Part shown: one piece after another, positions 27,268-40,419 of the stretch
Position numbering within the stretch: position 1 is the stretch's first letter
Layout: every line of letters starts with the position of its first letter
Origin: Macrostomum lignano
Taxonomy: Eukaryota
Direction: 5' to 3'
Assembly: GCA_002269645.1 (NCBI GenBank)
Contig: NIVC01000551.1
Coordinates: forward strand, 248,001 to 312,000
DNA: 64,000 bases
The notes under the pieces: model-generated
What the model saw: only the letters and a program-made list of their open reading frames with translations
The model's database searches: none
What the model was told of the DNA's origin: nothing
Program-made: the position numbers and the translations under genes

Positions 27268-27640
27268 ATGAACATCTGCGAGAGCAAGCCAGCGATTGAG
27301 CAGTCGGTGCCTCCGGACAGCTGCTGCCCGTTCGGTCGGTTCGATTCATTTTCTTCTTGATGTAACTTTATACAGGAATACAGCTTAGGAATGAAGGAAA
27401 CCGAATGTAAACTGATGAAATTTTCAAAATATTTTCTTAAGAAAATGAGAGCTGAGAACTTCAATCAGAAATGCCGACTGGTGTGTTGCTGCAAGCACGG
27501 GAGCGAGCCTAAATACAAGCGTATAGCCCAGTATAAATTGCTGTGTATGTTGCTATGCTCAACATTGACAAGTTCTTTAAATTTATTCTTTCAATTTTAC
27601 AAAAAAAATTTCCTTTTCAGTGGATTACTGCAATTTCAGT
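27268..27640 (+). pseudogene. Degenerate Cys-module paralog F
   Basis: SCCPFGRFDSF (CxxC positions read TTC/TTT), followed by MRAENFNQKCRLVCCCKHG. No consistent splice path found. Confidence 0.45.
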
Positions 27641-28886
27641 ATCAGGATCAGAGAGTCAGGGTCAGAGAGTCAGGATCAGAGAGTCAGGATCAGAGAGAGT
27701 CAGGGTCAGAGAGTCAGGATCAGAGAGTCAGGATCAGAGAGAGTCAGGATCAGAGAGTCAGGGTCAGAGAGTCAGGATCAGAGAGTCAGGATCAGAGAGT
27801 CAGGATCAGAGAGTCAGGGTCAGAGAGTCAGGATCAGAGAGTCAGGATCAGAGAGTCAGGATCAGAGAGTCAGGATCAGAGAGAGTCAGGATCAGAGAGT
27901 CAGGATCAGAGAGTCAGGATCAGAGAGAGTCAGGATCAGAGAGTCAGGATCAGAGAGTCAGGGTCAGAGAGTCAGGATCAGAGAGTCAGGATCAGAGAGT
28001 CAGGATCAGAGAGAGTCAGGATCAGAGAGTCAGGATCGGAGAGAGTCAGGATCAGAGAGTCAGGATCGGAGAGTCAGGATCAGAGAGTCAGGATCAGAGA
28101 GTCAGGATCGGAGAGAGTCAGGATCAGAGAGTCAGGATCAGAGAGAGTCAGGATCAGAGAGTCAGGATCGGAGAGAGTCAGGATCAGAGAGTCAGGATCA
28201 GAGAGAGTCAGGATCAGAGAGTCAGGATCAGAGAGTCAGGATCAGAGAGTCAGGATCGGAGAGAGTCAGGATCAGAGAGTCAGGATCAGAGAGTCAGGAT
28301 CAGAGAGTCAGGATCGGAGAGAGTCAGGATCAGAGAGTCAGGATCGGAGAGTCAGGATCAGAGAGTCAGGATCAGAGAGTCAGGATCGGAGAGAGTCAGG
28401 ATCAGAGAGTCAGGATCAGAGAGAGTCAGGATCAGAGAGTCAGGATCGGAGAGAGTCAGGATCAGAGAGTCAGGATCAGAGAGAGTCAGGATCAGAGAGT
28501 CAGGATCAGAGAGTCAGGATCGGAGAGAGTCAGGATCAGAGAGTCAGGATCAGAGAGTCAGGATCAGAGAGTCAGGATCAGAGAGAGTCAGGATCAGAGA
28601 GTCAGGATCGGAGAGAGTCAGGATCAGAGAGTCAGGATCGGAGAGAGTCAGGATCAGAGAGTCAGGATCAGAGAGTCAGGATCAGAGAGAGTCAGGATCA
28701 GAGAGTCAGGATCAGAGAGACAGGATCAGAGAGAGTCAGGATCAGAGAGTCAGGATCAGAGAGAGTCAGGATCAGAGAGAGTCAGGATCAGAGAGTCAGG
28801 ATCGGAGAGAGTCAGGATCAGAGAGTCAGGATCAGAGAGAGTCAGGATCAGAGAGTCAGGATCGGAGAGTCAGGATCGGAGAGTCA
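27641..28886 (+). repeat. GAGAGTCAGGATCA satellite
   Basis: Direct 14/16-bp tandem units. Confidence 0.97.
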
Positions 28887-29360
28887 CATATTGTTCATAC
28901 TGTATGGCGCTCCTAAGAAGATATTCGGTACGGCGAATCCTGACAAGCTTTTTTACACTCTACAGATGTCCCGCTATACTCGTACAGTTGTGTGCAAAAT
29001 TGAAATTACGAACTTTTGAATTTATTTAATTTTTGAATTTATTGAAGGCGATACCAAGTTGAAGGTGTGGCACCAATGAATTTAATATCATTAAGCTTCT
29101 ATCTGACCGCACCTCCCCCGTCTCAGTACCCCAGAAGTATAGTCTACCCTCTATGCTCGTAAATGTACTGTACAATCTCCTCAGTACTACCTGGTTCTGA
29201 AGACTGTTCTGTTTGAGGCTATTGCTGTTAGAAACGTTTGCAACAAAAATATTCTCCCCCCAAATTTGTCTAACATATAGTTTCCAATGGACCCCTGTGA
29301 TTTTAAATCTGCTTGCTATTAGCATTTGTTAAATAGCCAGTTTAAAAGAATAAAGAGCTA

Positions 29361-30489
29361 ATGGTCTGCCTCTGTCCTCGTCCATTATACCTTTGTGTAC
29401 CATGTCAGTAAGTTTCTATTGCTGATGTTTGTGTTAAGAAATGGTGGCGTTACTGACTTAAGTAAGTGGTCAGTCAGTCATCCACTCACTCAAGTCAGTC
29501 AGTCAGTCAGTCAGTCAGTCAGTCAGTCAATCAGTCACCCACTCACTCAAGTCAGTCAGTCATCCACTCACTCAAGTCAGTCAGTCAGTCACCCACTCAC
29601 TCAAGTCAGTCAGTCAGTCAGTCATTCAGTCAGTCAGTCAATCAGTCACCCACTCACTCAAGTCAGTCAGTCATCCACTCACTCAAGTCAGTCAGTCATC
29701 CACTCACTCAAGTCTATCAGTCACCCACTCACTCAAGTCAGTCAGTCAGTCAGTCAATCAGTCACCCACTCACTCAAGTCAGTCAGTCAGTCAGTCAATC
29801 AGTCACCCACTCACTCAAGTCAGTCAGTCAGTCAGTCAGTCAGTCAGTCAGTCAGTCAGTCAGTCAGTCAGTCACCCACTCACTCAAGTCAGTCAGTCAG
29901 TCAGTCAGTCAGTCACCCACTCACTCAAGTCAGTCAGTCAGTCAGTCAGTCAGTCACCCACTCACTCAAGTCAGTCAGTCAGTCAGTCAGTCAGTCACCC
30001 ACTCACTCAAGTCAGTCAGTCAGTCAGTCAGTCAGTCAGTCAGTCAGTCAGTCAGTCAGTCAGTCAGTCACCCACTCACTCAAGTCAGTCAGTCAGTCAG
30101 TCAGTCAGTCACCCACTCACTCAAGTCAGTCAGTCAGTCAGTCAGTCAGTCACCCACTCACTCAAGTCAGTCAGTCAGTCAGTCAGTCAGTCAGTCAGTC
30201 AGTCAGTCACCCACTCACTCAAGTCAGTCAGTCAGTCAGTCAGTCAGTCACCCACTCACTCAAGTCAGTCAGTCAGTCAGTCAGTCAGTCAGTCAGTCAG
30301 TCAGTCAGTCAGTCAGTCAGTCAGTCAGTCAGTCAGTCAGTCAGTCAGTCAGTCATCATCTGTAAACTACTCAGAGTTGCCAGGATAGCCGGAAGTTGCT
30401 GTTGCGTACATTATTGGCGGAGAGCTCATCTGGTTTTTGCGGTTTCTGCTGCTGCAGCTGTGCTGCCGGTTGTTGTTCTTATACTGTGA
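29361..30489 (+). CDS. T-type Cys-module gene T3 with C-terminal hydrophobic helix (53 aa)
   Basis: Exons 29361-29407 and 30375-30489, phase 2. MVCLCPRPLYLCVPCQVARIAGSCCCVHYWRRAHLVFAVSAAAAVLPVVVLIL. Confidence 0.75.
29470..30355 (+). repeat. (TCAG)n/ACCCACTCACTCAAG compound repeat, intronic
   Basis: Direct tandem units. Confidence 0.97.
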
Positions 30490-31389
30490 CGTCAGTTTGA
30501 AGGGTCGGAAGTCTTAGTTCTCGCAGAGAACCTGAACGGCATCGTCTTCCCAAAAACTGTTGCTCCTCTGAAACAAAAATATGTTAAATAGCTATCTGTT
30601 TTACAAACTGGCAACAAAGCTTTTTCTCTCCGCCTGATTTAAATATTCAAAACTGTACGAGCGTTATCTGTGTGCCGAAATCAGTTGAAAAGAAATGTGA
30701 AAGAAATCAACATCCCCTCAAGTCTATGTATTGTAGTCATACGAAGTAAGCTCCATGTGTTACGAAGTAACTGATTGCAATAAACTAGTCCATACATAGA
30801 ACAGGCGTTGGATTCTATATATAGATTCACTGTTTTTTATTTCGCTGCGTACAAGCCATAGTGGAACATAGCTCGTACATTAGCTAGCTGCATGGCTGAA
30901 GATTTCCACTATCTACAAGCGTACTTATATCGCTGTACTATGCATAGTACATCCGTTTAATTACTTTCAATCTAGTTTAATGAGCAGCAATGCTCTATGT
31001 CTAACTCTGTAGAAATACTAATTGCAATACAATATACGGTTTCGTATTAGAGGTATGTTAAAGCACTGTTGAATCGTAAAGCACTACAAGATGATTCAGT
31101 TGGTAGTTAAAGTTAGCAGCATTCGGTTAAGATTCTTGGGGGTATCCTTGCTACAATTGAACTTTTATTGTCATCAAATTTCAGTGCTTGATAATAACCA
31201 GCCAATGGACAAACTATTGATAGTAGGCATTACTCGATCTCTGATTTGAATTGATTTCTTAATCGTTTTTTACACTCATAGGCTGTGATTTGCACAGATG
31301 AAAAGCAAATTTTGGTGTAAGGTACGAGTATGGGCAGGTGGACAGAATACATGCTTTTAAAATCCCGTAGGTAGAATGGATGAGATCTG

Positions 31390-31524
31390 TGCTGCCTTCA
31401 TCTTTGGTAAGTACGGAAGTTAATAATTGCATTCAGTCTCAGTATAGTCAGTAGTGAATAAATTTTTACGCAATTTGTTTATAGGATTGCTTGGAGCGAA
31501 GGAAGGTGCTGCTGCAGGCACTGA
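31390..31524 (+). pseudogene. A-type paralog A4, exon 1 deleted
   Basis: Donor at 31407 and exon IAWSEGRCCCRH* (31485-31524) retained. Deletion joins the upstream promoter block directly to the exon 1 end. Confidence 0.65.
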
Positions 31525-31529
31525 GTCGT

Positions 31530-32106
31530 TAGTCAGTCACCCACTCACTCAAGTCTGTCCCTCACTCAAGTTAGTCAGTCACTCAAGTCAGTCAGTCACT
31601 CAAGTCAGTCACTCACTCAAGTCAGTCAGTCACTCAAGTCAGTCACTCACTCAAGTCTGTCACTCACTCAAGTCAGTCACTCACTCAAGTTAGTCAGTCA
31701 CTCAAGTCAGTCAGTCACTCAAGTCAGTCACTCACTCAAGTCAGTCAGTCACTCAAGTCAGTCACTCACTCAAGTCTGTCACTCACTCAAGTCAGTCAGT
31801 CACTCAAGTCTGTCAGTCACTCAAGTCTGTCACTCACTCAAGTCAGCCAGTCACTCAAGTCAGTCAGTCACTCAAGTCAGTCAGTCACTCAAGTCTGTCA
31901 CTCACTCAAGTCAGTCAGTCACTCAAGTCAGTCACTCACTCAAGTCTGTCACTCGCTCAAGTCAGTCAGTCACTCAAGTCTGTCACTCACTCAAGTCTGT
32001 CACTCACTCAAGTCAGCCAGTCACTCAAGTCAGTCAGTCACTCAAGTCAGTCAGTCACTCAAGTCAGTCAGTCACTCAAGTCAGTCAGTCACTCAAGTCA
32101 GTCACT
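31530..32106 (+). repeat. CACTCAAGTCAGTCAGT ~17-bp repeat
   Basis: Direct tandem units. Confidence 0.93.
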
Positions 32107-32126
32107 ATTTTTCGTACATTACTCAG

Positions 32127-32235
32127 ACAGGCCAGGAGAGCTGGGATTTGCTGTTGTGTACACTGGCGAAGATTTCATCTGGTTTCTGCGGTTGCTGCTG
32201 TTACTGGTATTGTGACGTCAATTTTGAAAGTTTGA
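32127..32235 (+). pseudogene. Orphan T-type exon 2 (T4)
   Basis: QARRAGICCCVHWRRFHLVSAVAAVTGIVTSILKV*, open with a phase-2 acceptor. No T-type exon 1 upstream. Confidence 0.6.
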
Positions 32236-33372
32236 AAGCCCGCAGAGGACATGAAGTACCGTATCATGTGCTGCATTAAGTATCAATGAGTTTTGTTTAA
32301 TCAGAAGGATCTTTCTTTTTATTTCATTTAAATGTAATTTGCCCAACATATAAATGATTTTTCGACTGATATTTCTAAAATTATTCCTATAGGAAAGTTT
32401 CGACATTGTTTTCCCAACAACTGTTACTCCTGTCAAATGGCTACATGTACTCGTATATTTAGCAACATACTGACAAAGACACTTCTCTGGTACGGCGTCG
32501 ATCATTTAAGAGTATTTGCCTGTTTCGAAATTTCGAAACTGACAAAGAGCAATAACTTAGTGTAAAATGTTTTTAATGTCATGAATTTCTATTTTATCTG
32601 TAGAACTAAGATCCAATAAACTCTATACTTACTATACACACTGCATGCACTCACAGACTACAGTAAACTGGAATGTACCTCATCGCCTGATCTATATTAA
32701 GCGCTATTTATAAATGGAACGTGTTCGGGTTTCTCTCTGCGTACCATAGCTATCGTGGAACTTACACTAGCCAGCTACAATGGACAGGAGACATATACTA
32801 TGTACACATGGATGCACTCCGCATATTAAAACCGGTTAAGGATTTCCAATTTAATTTTATAAACATCTATACTCAATACTCTACTTATTGGTATTACTAC
32901 TCATTAGAATAACATTAAATTATTGTCGAGTCGTCAAGCACTTTTGATTCGTGACCAGATGATTTATTATTAATAGTTAAATTAAAGTAGCAACATTCGT
33001 TTAAGATGTTTGCTTGTAACTGCTACAATAAAACTTTTTTGTTGACTTTCAGTCTTTATAGCTACATGTACAAACCAACAGACTAGTGAATACTCTATAT
33101 CTGATTTGAATCGATTTGTCCAAGATGCAGAGCAAGTTTTGGTGTAAGGTACGAGTAGAGGACAGGTGGATAGAATACATCTAGAATACTTTCACGTAGA
33201 ATAGATGAGATCACTGTTGAGAACAGGGTAGAACCGTGTAGAACAGTAAGGTTCTGGATTACAACTCTGGCAATGACGCCGACATGTACAGATGAGGCAT
33301 TAATGAAGCACAGTCTCTGACGGAAGTAGATTTTTATATTTTCTTTCGAAACTGACATCTCGCGCTGACACT

Positions 33373-33533
33373 ATGTCGACATCATGCTGCGCTTTGAAGA
33401 AATGCCCTAATTGTCGGTATGTACAGTAGTCAGTAACTAAATTCAGTCCCAGCTGTCAGTATCGACTAAATTTTAACCGCAACGTGTTTGTAGGGCAGCT
33501 CGGAGAAACAACAGGTGTTGCTGCAGGCAATGA
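33373..33533 (+). CDS. A-type ultra-short Cys peptide A5 (27 aa)
   Basis: Exons 33373-33416 and 33494-33533, phase 2. MSTSCCALKKCPNCRAARRNNRCCCRQ. Confidence 0.7.
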
Positions 33534-33764
33534 GAAGCTGTGACTACTTCTGACTTCTTCAGATGTCGATTAAAAAGTGTTCATGACACTTTACTTGTAT
33601 ATTCATCTCTGACATATTGGCTTAAAAACATTTTAAACTTTATTTTCTGAACAAGAATTTGTTTTAGTTTTAAACAATTTTTAAACTTTTTTTTTAAATA
33701 TCTAAATCTCTTGATTAACTAAAGGCGTTTTTAGTTTTCGCTGTTTTTAAATAAAAATGATTTT

Positions 33765-34290
33765 ACGTGACACAGCAAAGTCGTGACACATGACACGTCA
33801 TCAGAAAACATACATTTGGTCTCTTTTACGTCTCGCAGCCTTAGAATAGCATTCAGAAACTCGAGATATGTGCGATGGACTGCGGGGCCAGAGAGAAGTT
33901 GGAAGTGGTTGAGTTCGCTGGGGGAGTCGCCTATAGTCGAACATGGAACTTTGTGTGGGCGTTCATCAGGAGTCTACCGAAGGTACCAGCTTGCAAGACT
34001 ACTATGAGTAGCATATGAGAGAACGTGAACTCTATGATTTCAAGATGCTCAATGCAATCGTTACGGTAGCAGACCTCTACCACGATCTCTACCAAAACAA
34101 AAGGATTTAATGAGGCAGTGTCTAGCTTAATAATAAATAGTAAATCCTTGGGTTAATTATTTCCCTAATGAATAAATAAAAAGCAAAATAAAGGTAAGCG
34201 CTGACTCAAGACTCTAGCAATAAGCAAAATGCGTATTGGCCCAAAATTAGTAAATAAGTAATTAGTAATGATTACAAACAAGAGTCTATA
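33765..34290 (+). pseudogene. B-type degenerate paralogous block B3
   Basis: Homologous to B1 and B2; exon-like segment ends TACCGAAG|GTACC. Confidence 0.35.
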
Positions 34291-34299
34291 AGAGAGCTG

Positions 34300-35875
34300 C
34301 AGGGACCTGTAGAGCGCGTCGAGGGCTCGGTCTCGTGTGTCGGTCATCTGCACCGCTTCCATGCCGTACAGGAGGACCGGCTCCACGGCCGCTCAGAAGA
34401 GGCGCACCTTCAGGCCGTCCCTCGCAGCTGAGTTGAAGACATTCGGACCGAGCAGGTGCGCCGGGCGCCTAGATTTGATTCCTCTTGTCGGAGACAATGG
34501 AGTCTGCGGACTCGTTGCTATAGCGATCCGAGGTACCGGAAGTCCTCACCACACACGGCGATGGCGTCTCTGTTAGGCAGCGCAAGTGCCCACGTGCATC
34601 CCCTCTGTCTTTTGTGTTGACCGGGTGCGCCCTGTCCTGAAGAGCCCTGAAGAGCGCCTTGTCATCGGCGTACGCGAGAGCAGGCAGCGGAACACCAGGA
34701 TGTTGGAGGAGCTTCGCGTGGAACTAACAAGTAGCTGTCGTCCTCTTGAAGGAAGCGGCGGAGCACATAATCCACAAACCATGATGAAAAGCAGGGGAAG
34801 CAGCCTGTCGCCCTGCATGACGCCGGAGGCTGTGCTGCATTGGAATCAGTGTTCAGGTCCATAACCGCATCTACCAGTGCAGCGGGAACAGCAGTAGTAG
34901 GACAAGCAACCACGCGCGATCGCAAGCCTGAGCACCGAGTCGAACGCCTTGCGGAAGTCTGCGAAGACGTTAGCGGGTCTTGCAGGCCTCGATGACGGCG
35001 CGGTTGGTCGCAACCTGCTTTGGGGTGGACCTGCCCGGGCGGAAGCCGCTCTGAAGACTCAGCAGCATCTGATTGAGGCCAGGCAGGAGGCGGTTACGCT
35101 GGAGCACTGCATTTAGCAGCTTGGCCATGGTGTTCAAGGCTGGTAGAGGCCCCCTTCTTTGGGATCGAAACGATCTTGGAGGTGCGCCATTATGGTTGGG
35201 GACTGGTGATGGCGGGGTTAGCTCGGGCAGCTTCAGGGCCCTGGGAGGAATGAAATCGACCACAGCCATGATTGGTCAGAGGAAAAATTTGGTATTGGTA
35301 ACAATGGAGCGGCTATAGCAGGAGCGTTGAGCACTGTGACATGAGCTGGTGCTGGATCTCGGTCCGCTGGACGTAGGTGCTCTGCAGCTGGACCCGAGCA
35401 GTACTGTCCTGGTCGCTGTCGTGGCCGTGAATGACAGTGGCTCGAGTGGGACAATTTCCAGGTCGTATGGTTGATTAGATTTGCTGTCGTGAATCTTGTC
35501 GTGAGCAAGAATCCCACAGAGACCGAGGTCCTCTACGACACCCTGGGTCACCTGCTGGATGTAAATCCATCCTATGATCTTGTTTTTGTTTTCGGTGACT
35601 TCAATGCGCCTCTGCTTGGTCCAGGCCAGCAGGGATCTGATTGCCTTAACGGCACTATGAGGCAGCGTCTCTGCAAACTCCCCAACTTTCTTTGGCCCCA
35701 GCAGGCGGACCAGGCGGATAGACTGGGTCTTCTGCCCCTTTGCTCTCCGGTCCAGAGGGCACAGAGTGACCAACATCCGCCCTATTTGCTTGAAGTCCGA
35801 CATCGACTAACGCTGGACCTGAGAAACCCGGAGACTCGGACAGCCTTCCATGGCCGTCCTGGCAAAGGTTCCCAG
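34300..35875 (-). mobile_element. Rearranged RTE-like LINE (RT on -, APE fragment on +)
   Basis: Minus strand: AKLLNAVL...QSGFRPGRST...VIEAC, QGD.L.P.LFI, EPVLLYGMEA. Plus strand 35480-35870: YDTLGHLLD...VFGDFNA. Confidence 0.8.
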
Positions 35876-35984
35876 TAAGTCAGACCTCAAAATAAGTGGC
35901 TCGGGAAGAAAGGCAAGAAAGACTCCGCGTTGGTAAGAACCACTTATCTGAGGAATGTGCGCCCCAAAATGCTCACTAATCCTG

Positions 35985-37590
35985 AGAGATTCAGGATCAA
36001 AGAGTCAGGATAAGAGAGTCAGGATGAGAGAATCAAGATGAGAGAGAGTCAGGATGAAAGAGAGAGTCATGATGAGAGAGAGAGTCAGGATGAGAGAGAT
36101 TCAGGTTGAGAGAGAGGATGAGAGAGAATCAGGATGAGAGAGAGAGTCAGGATGAGAGAGAGTCAGGATGAGAGAGTCAGGATGAAAGAGAGTCAGGATG
36201 AGAGAGTCAGGATGAGAGAGAGTCAGGATGAGAGAGAGAGTCATGATGAGAGAGAGAGTCAGAATGAGAGAGATTCAGGTTGAGAGAGAGGATGAGAGAG
36301 AGCCAGGATTAGAGAGATTCAGATTGAGAGAGAGTCAGGATGAGAGAGATTCAGGTTGAGAAAGAGTCAGGATGAGAGAGAGTCAGGATGAGAGAGAGTC
36401 ATGATGAGAGAGAGAGTCAAGATGAGAGAGATTCAGGTTGAGAGAGAGGATGAGAGAGAGCCAGGATAAGAGAGATTCAGATTGAGAGAGAGTCAGGATG
36501 AGAGAGATTCAGGTTGAGAGAGAGAGTCATGATGAGAGAGAGAGTCAGGTTGAGAGAGATTCAGATTGAGAGAGAGTCAGGATGAGAGAGATTCAGGTTA
36601 AGAAAGAGTCAGGATGAGAGAGTCAGGATGAGAGAGAGAGTCAGGATCAGATAATCAAGATGAGAGAGAGAGAGTCAGGATGAAAGAGAGTCAGGTTGAG
36701 AGAGATTCAGGTTGAGAGAGAGGATGATAGAGGGTCAGGATCAGAGAATCAAGATGAGAAAGAGAGAGAGAGAGAGATTCAGGATCAATAATCAAGATGA
36801 GAGTGAGAGAGAGAGAGTCAGGATCAGATAATCTAGATGAGAGAGTGAGAGTCAGGATGAGAGAGAGTCAGGTTGAGAGAGAGTCAGGATGACAGAGATC
36901 AGAGATTCAGGTTGAGAGAGAGTCAGGTTGAGAGAGAGTCAGGATGAGAGAGAGTCAGGTTGAGAGAGAGTCAGGATGAGAGAGGGAGTCATGATGAGAG
37001 AGATTCAGGTTGAGAGAGAGGATGAGAGAGAGTCAGGATGAGAGAGATTCAGGTTGAGAGAGAGGATGAGAGAGAGTCAGGTTGAGAGATATTCAGGTTG
37101 AGAGAGAGGATGAGAGAGAGCCAGGATTAGAGAGATTCAGATTGAGAGAGAGTCAGGATGAGAGAGATTCAGGTTGAGAAAGAGTCAGGATGAGAGAGAG
37201 TCAGGATGAGAGAGAGAGAGTCATGATGAGAGAGAGAGTCAGGATGAGAGAGATTCAGGTTAAGAAAGAGTCAGGATGAGAGAGTCAGGATGAGAGAGAG
37301 AGTCAGGATCAGATAATCAAGATGAGAGAGAGAGTCAGGTTGAGAGAGATTCAGGTTGAGAGAGAGGATGATAGAGGGTCAGGATCAGAGAATCAAGATG
37401 AGAGAGAGAGAGAGAGAGTCAGGATCAGATAATCTAGATGAGAGAGTGAGAGTCAGGATGAGAGAGAGTCAGGTTGAGAGAGAGTCAGGTTGAGAGAGAG
37501 TCAGGATGAGAGAGAGTCAGGTTGAGAGAGAGTCAGGATGAGAGAGAGTCATGTTGAGAGAGAGTCAGGATGAGAGAAGGTCAGGATACA
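35985..37590 (+). repeat. Degenerate GAGAGTCAGGATGA satellite
   Basis: Variable (GA)n plus TCAGGAT/TCAGGTT units, with higher-order repetition. Confidence 0.95.
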
Positions 37591-37641
37591 GGACACTCAC
37601 TCATACACTCACTCATGAACTACCCGCTCCCCCACTCACAG

Positions 37642-38340
37642 GACAGTCCGCAGCTACCAGAAATGGAAGTTTAGTGCCAGCCAGTCGAGGCCCTGCTGCT
37701 GCCTGGCAGTCCCCTCCAAACGGTGCTGCCACGTGCGCTGGTGCAGAAAATGCGAAGAGAAAATGAGGAGAGAGGGTGGAGGGAGAGGGAGAGAGGGAGT
37801 CAGGAGGGAGAGAGGGAGAGGGGCAGGGCGAGAGGGAGAGAAGGGGAGAGAGAGGGAGAGAGAGAGAGAGAGGGGGAGAGAGAAAGAGAGGGAGAGGGGA
37901 GGGAGAGAGGGAGTCGGGAGGAAGAGAGGGAGAGGGGGAGGGCGAGAGGGAGAGAAGGGAGAGGGAGAGAGTGAGAGAGAGAGGGGGAGAGAGAAAGAGA
38001 GGGAGAGAGGAGGGAGAGAGGGAGTCAGGAGGGAGAGAGGGAGAGGGGGAGGGCGAGAGGGAGAGAAGGGGAGAGAGGGTGGAGGGAGAGAGAGAGGGAG
38101 TTAGGAGGGAGAGAGGGAGAGGGGCAGGGCGAGAGGGAGAGAAGGGAGAGAGGGTGGAGGGAGAGGGAGAGGGCGAGTCAGTGTCGATTACGAGCGCAGA
38201 TGCCAAGTTCTTACTGAAATCTCACTCCCCTTAGCATTCTTAACTCAACTCCCCTTGACTTCTATTGCAGCCTGAAGGGCTACTGCTGTTGCAAGCACTA
38301 CTGTTTCAAGACGCACAGCGAAGCCTGCGGGATTCTTTAA
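37642..38340 (+). pseudogene. Partial double-module gene C5 (exons 2-3)
   Basis: TVRSYQKWKFSASQSRPCCCLAVPSKRCCHVRWCRKCEEKM (37642-~37767, no GT donor; a GA tract follows) and LKGYCCCKHYCFKTHSEACGIL* (38271-38340). Exon 1 not found. Confidence 0.6.
37765..38175 (+). repeat. GA-rich purine tract
   Basis: GGGAGAGA-type low complexity with internal duplications. Confidence 0.92.
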
Positions 38341-38884
38341 TCTAAGAAGTGCCATGATGCTGCTTGACAAATCGAACAAAAACACTGACATCAAGTGCAA
38401 CGTCATATTTTTTATAGAAAACCCTTTTTTCAAATCTAAGCGCTACGAATTACGAGTATCATAAAAACTACGAAAAAACAAATCTAGGCGCGCATACATA
38501 TTTTAGCTACTGTTAGTAGCCTGTAAAGAATTTTGCTTTAATAAGATGTTGAAATCGAATGATAAAACGGCAATTTATTGTTTACAGAATTATTAAAATG
38601 TGTTAATTTTTTCTTTAAGTTTCATAACAATTATAATCCCATAAAATAATGTAACTGGATGCAATAAAGGCACGATATTTTACTTACTTATGCAGCTGCC
38701 AGCATCTCAAAACTATACTTTTTACATACTGCTGCTCCTAGGAAAAGTCCTAACAACTGGGTACTTCCCTGTGATCGCGCGATCACATGCATACATAAAC
38801 TGTGAACAGCATGGCAGTGTATCTGGAAAAAAAGCTTTGTCTGCACACGTTTAGATATTATTTAAAGTCGAACATTGTCTAACA

Positions 38885-38922
38885 ATGGAGTGCTGCAGAA
38901 GACGCAACTGCAATTATTGCTC
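38885..38922 (+). pseudogene. C4: orphan exon 1 (MECCRRRNCNYCS)
   Basis: Phase-2 GTGAGT donor; paralog of 43701-43738. Downstream exons appear deleted relative to the 43.4-45.2 kb block. Confidence 0.65.
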
Positions 38923-39269
38923 GTGAGTCACTCACTATCGAGGTATCTTGGCTGGCTGTCTCACAGGTTAGGAGTGTAATATTGCTTGTCTAACAGGTAT
39001 AACCGAGTTTTTCTGACAGGTATTAACCTTCATCTAACAGTTATTAACCTTTCTAACAGGTATTAACCTTCGTCTAACAGGTATTAACCTTTATCTAACA
39101 GGTGTATTAACCTTCGATTGGAAGCAAAAGTGGCTGGAAAATTGATGAAACCAATATTTGCAATATGTGGTAAACTGACACAGAATATTGGTGAAATTCT
39201 GAATTAATTGAGTCAAATACTCGTTTTCACATTCCTGTTTTGATTTAACTGTTGAAATCGGTTATAAAC

Positions 39270-39325
39270 GCGGTAGATCCCAGTTCTATTTTTAGCCTTG
39301 AGCGCTTTCCAATTTCTATTTTTAG
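39270..39325 (+). promoter_or_regulatory. GCGGTAG-N-GTTCTATTTTTAG composite motif (MEF2 consensus, two sites)
   Basis: CTATTTTTAG at 39286 and 39316. Same composite at ~42244-42269, ~44909-44933, ~47571-47596 and ~51070-51096. Confidence 0.45.
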
Positions 39326-39576
39326 CACAGATTTCAGTGTACAGATGTCAGTGTTCCATGTACTTTATTTTGATTTAATGCACGAAATTCTACTTCATAT
39401 TTACGGTATTTAAAGTTTATTTTTTTTAATAAACTAGCTAATTGTGATCGGTTATACATATAATCCATGCCATCTGCATCACTTCAACTACATTTAAAAA
39501 ATACGAGTCACTTTTAGAGCTATGCATTTCTTTGAGTATTGTCAACTCGGGGCGGTTAAAACAGTGGATCCTTGAA

Positions 39577-40368
39577 GAATGGGGTAGACCCTGTAGAATG
39601 GGGTAAATCCCTGTAGAATGGTGTAGATCCCTGTAGAATGGGGTGGATCTCTGTAGAATGGGGTAGATCCCTGTAGAATGGGGTAGATCCCTGTAGAATG
39701 GGGTGGATCTCTGTAGAATGGGGTAGATCCCTGTAGAATGGGGTAGATCCCTGTAAAATGGGGTAGATCTTTGTAGAATGGGGTAGATCCCTGTAGAATG
39801 GGGTAGATCTTTGTAGAATGGGGAAGATCTTTGTAGAATGGGGTAGATCCCTGTAGAATGGGGTAGATCTTTGTAGAATGGGGTGGATCCCTGTAAAATG
39901 GGGTAGATCCCTGTAGAATGGGGTAGATCCCTGTAGAATGGGGTAGATCTTTGTAGAATGGCGTGGATCCCTGTAAAATGGAGTAGATCCCTGTAGAATG
40001 GGGTAGATCTCTGTAGAATGGGGTAGATCCGTGCAGAATGTGGTAGATCCCTGTAGAATGGGTTAGATCCCTGTAGACTTGGGTAGATCTCTGTAGAATG
40101 GGGTAGATCCGTGCAGAATGTGGTAGATCCCTGTAGAATGGGTTAGATCCCTGTAGACTTGGGTAGATTCCTGTAGAATGGGGTAGATCCCTGTAAAATG
40201 GAGTAGATCCCTGTAGAATGGGGTAGATCTCTGTAGAATGGGGTAGATCCGTGCAGAATGTGGTAGATCCCTGTAGAATGGGTTAGATCCCTGTAGACTT
40301 GGGTAGATTCCTGTAGAATGGGGTAGATCCCTGTAAAATGGAGTAGATCCCTGTAGAATGGGGTAGAT
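39577..40368 (+). repeat. 20-bp minisatellite GTAGAATGGGGTAGATCCCT
   Basis: About 40 tandem units. Confidence 0.95.
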
Positions 40369-40419
40369 CATGTTGGAACAAGGTTGATCAAGGTACAACG
40401 AGATTGATTGGATCGAGAA

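Noticed and set aside
27391-29029. ESGSESQDQRVRIR-repeat ORFs (also 22894-23776, 6525)
   Set aside because: Products of the 14-bp satellite, open in multiple frames at once.
32645-32822. Metal-response elements (TGCACTC at ~32646 and ~32813) as proof of metallothionein identity
   Set aside because: Not conserved in the paralogous A-type promoters; compatible with chance.
37613-38234. Ser/Pro/Leu-rich and Glu/Arg/Gly-rich ORFs (also 24861-25508)
   Set aside because: Translations of GA/CT low-complexity tracts.
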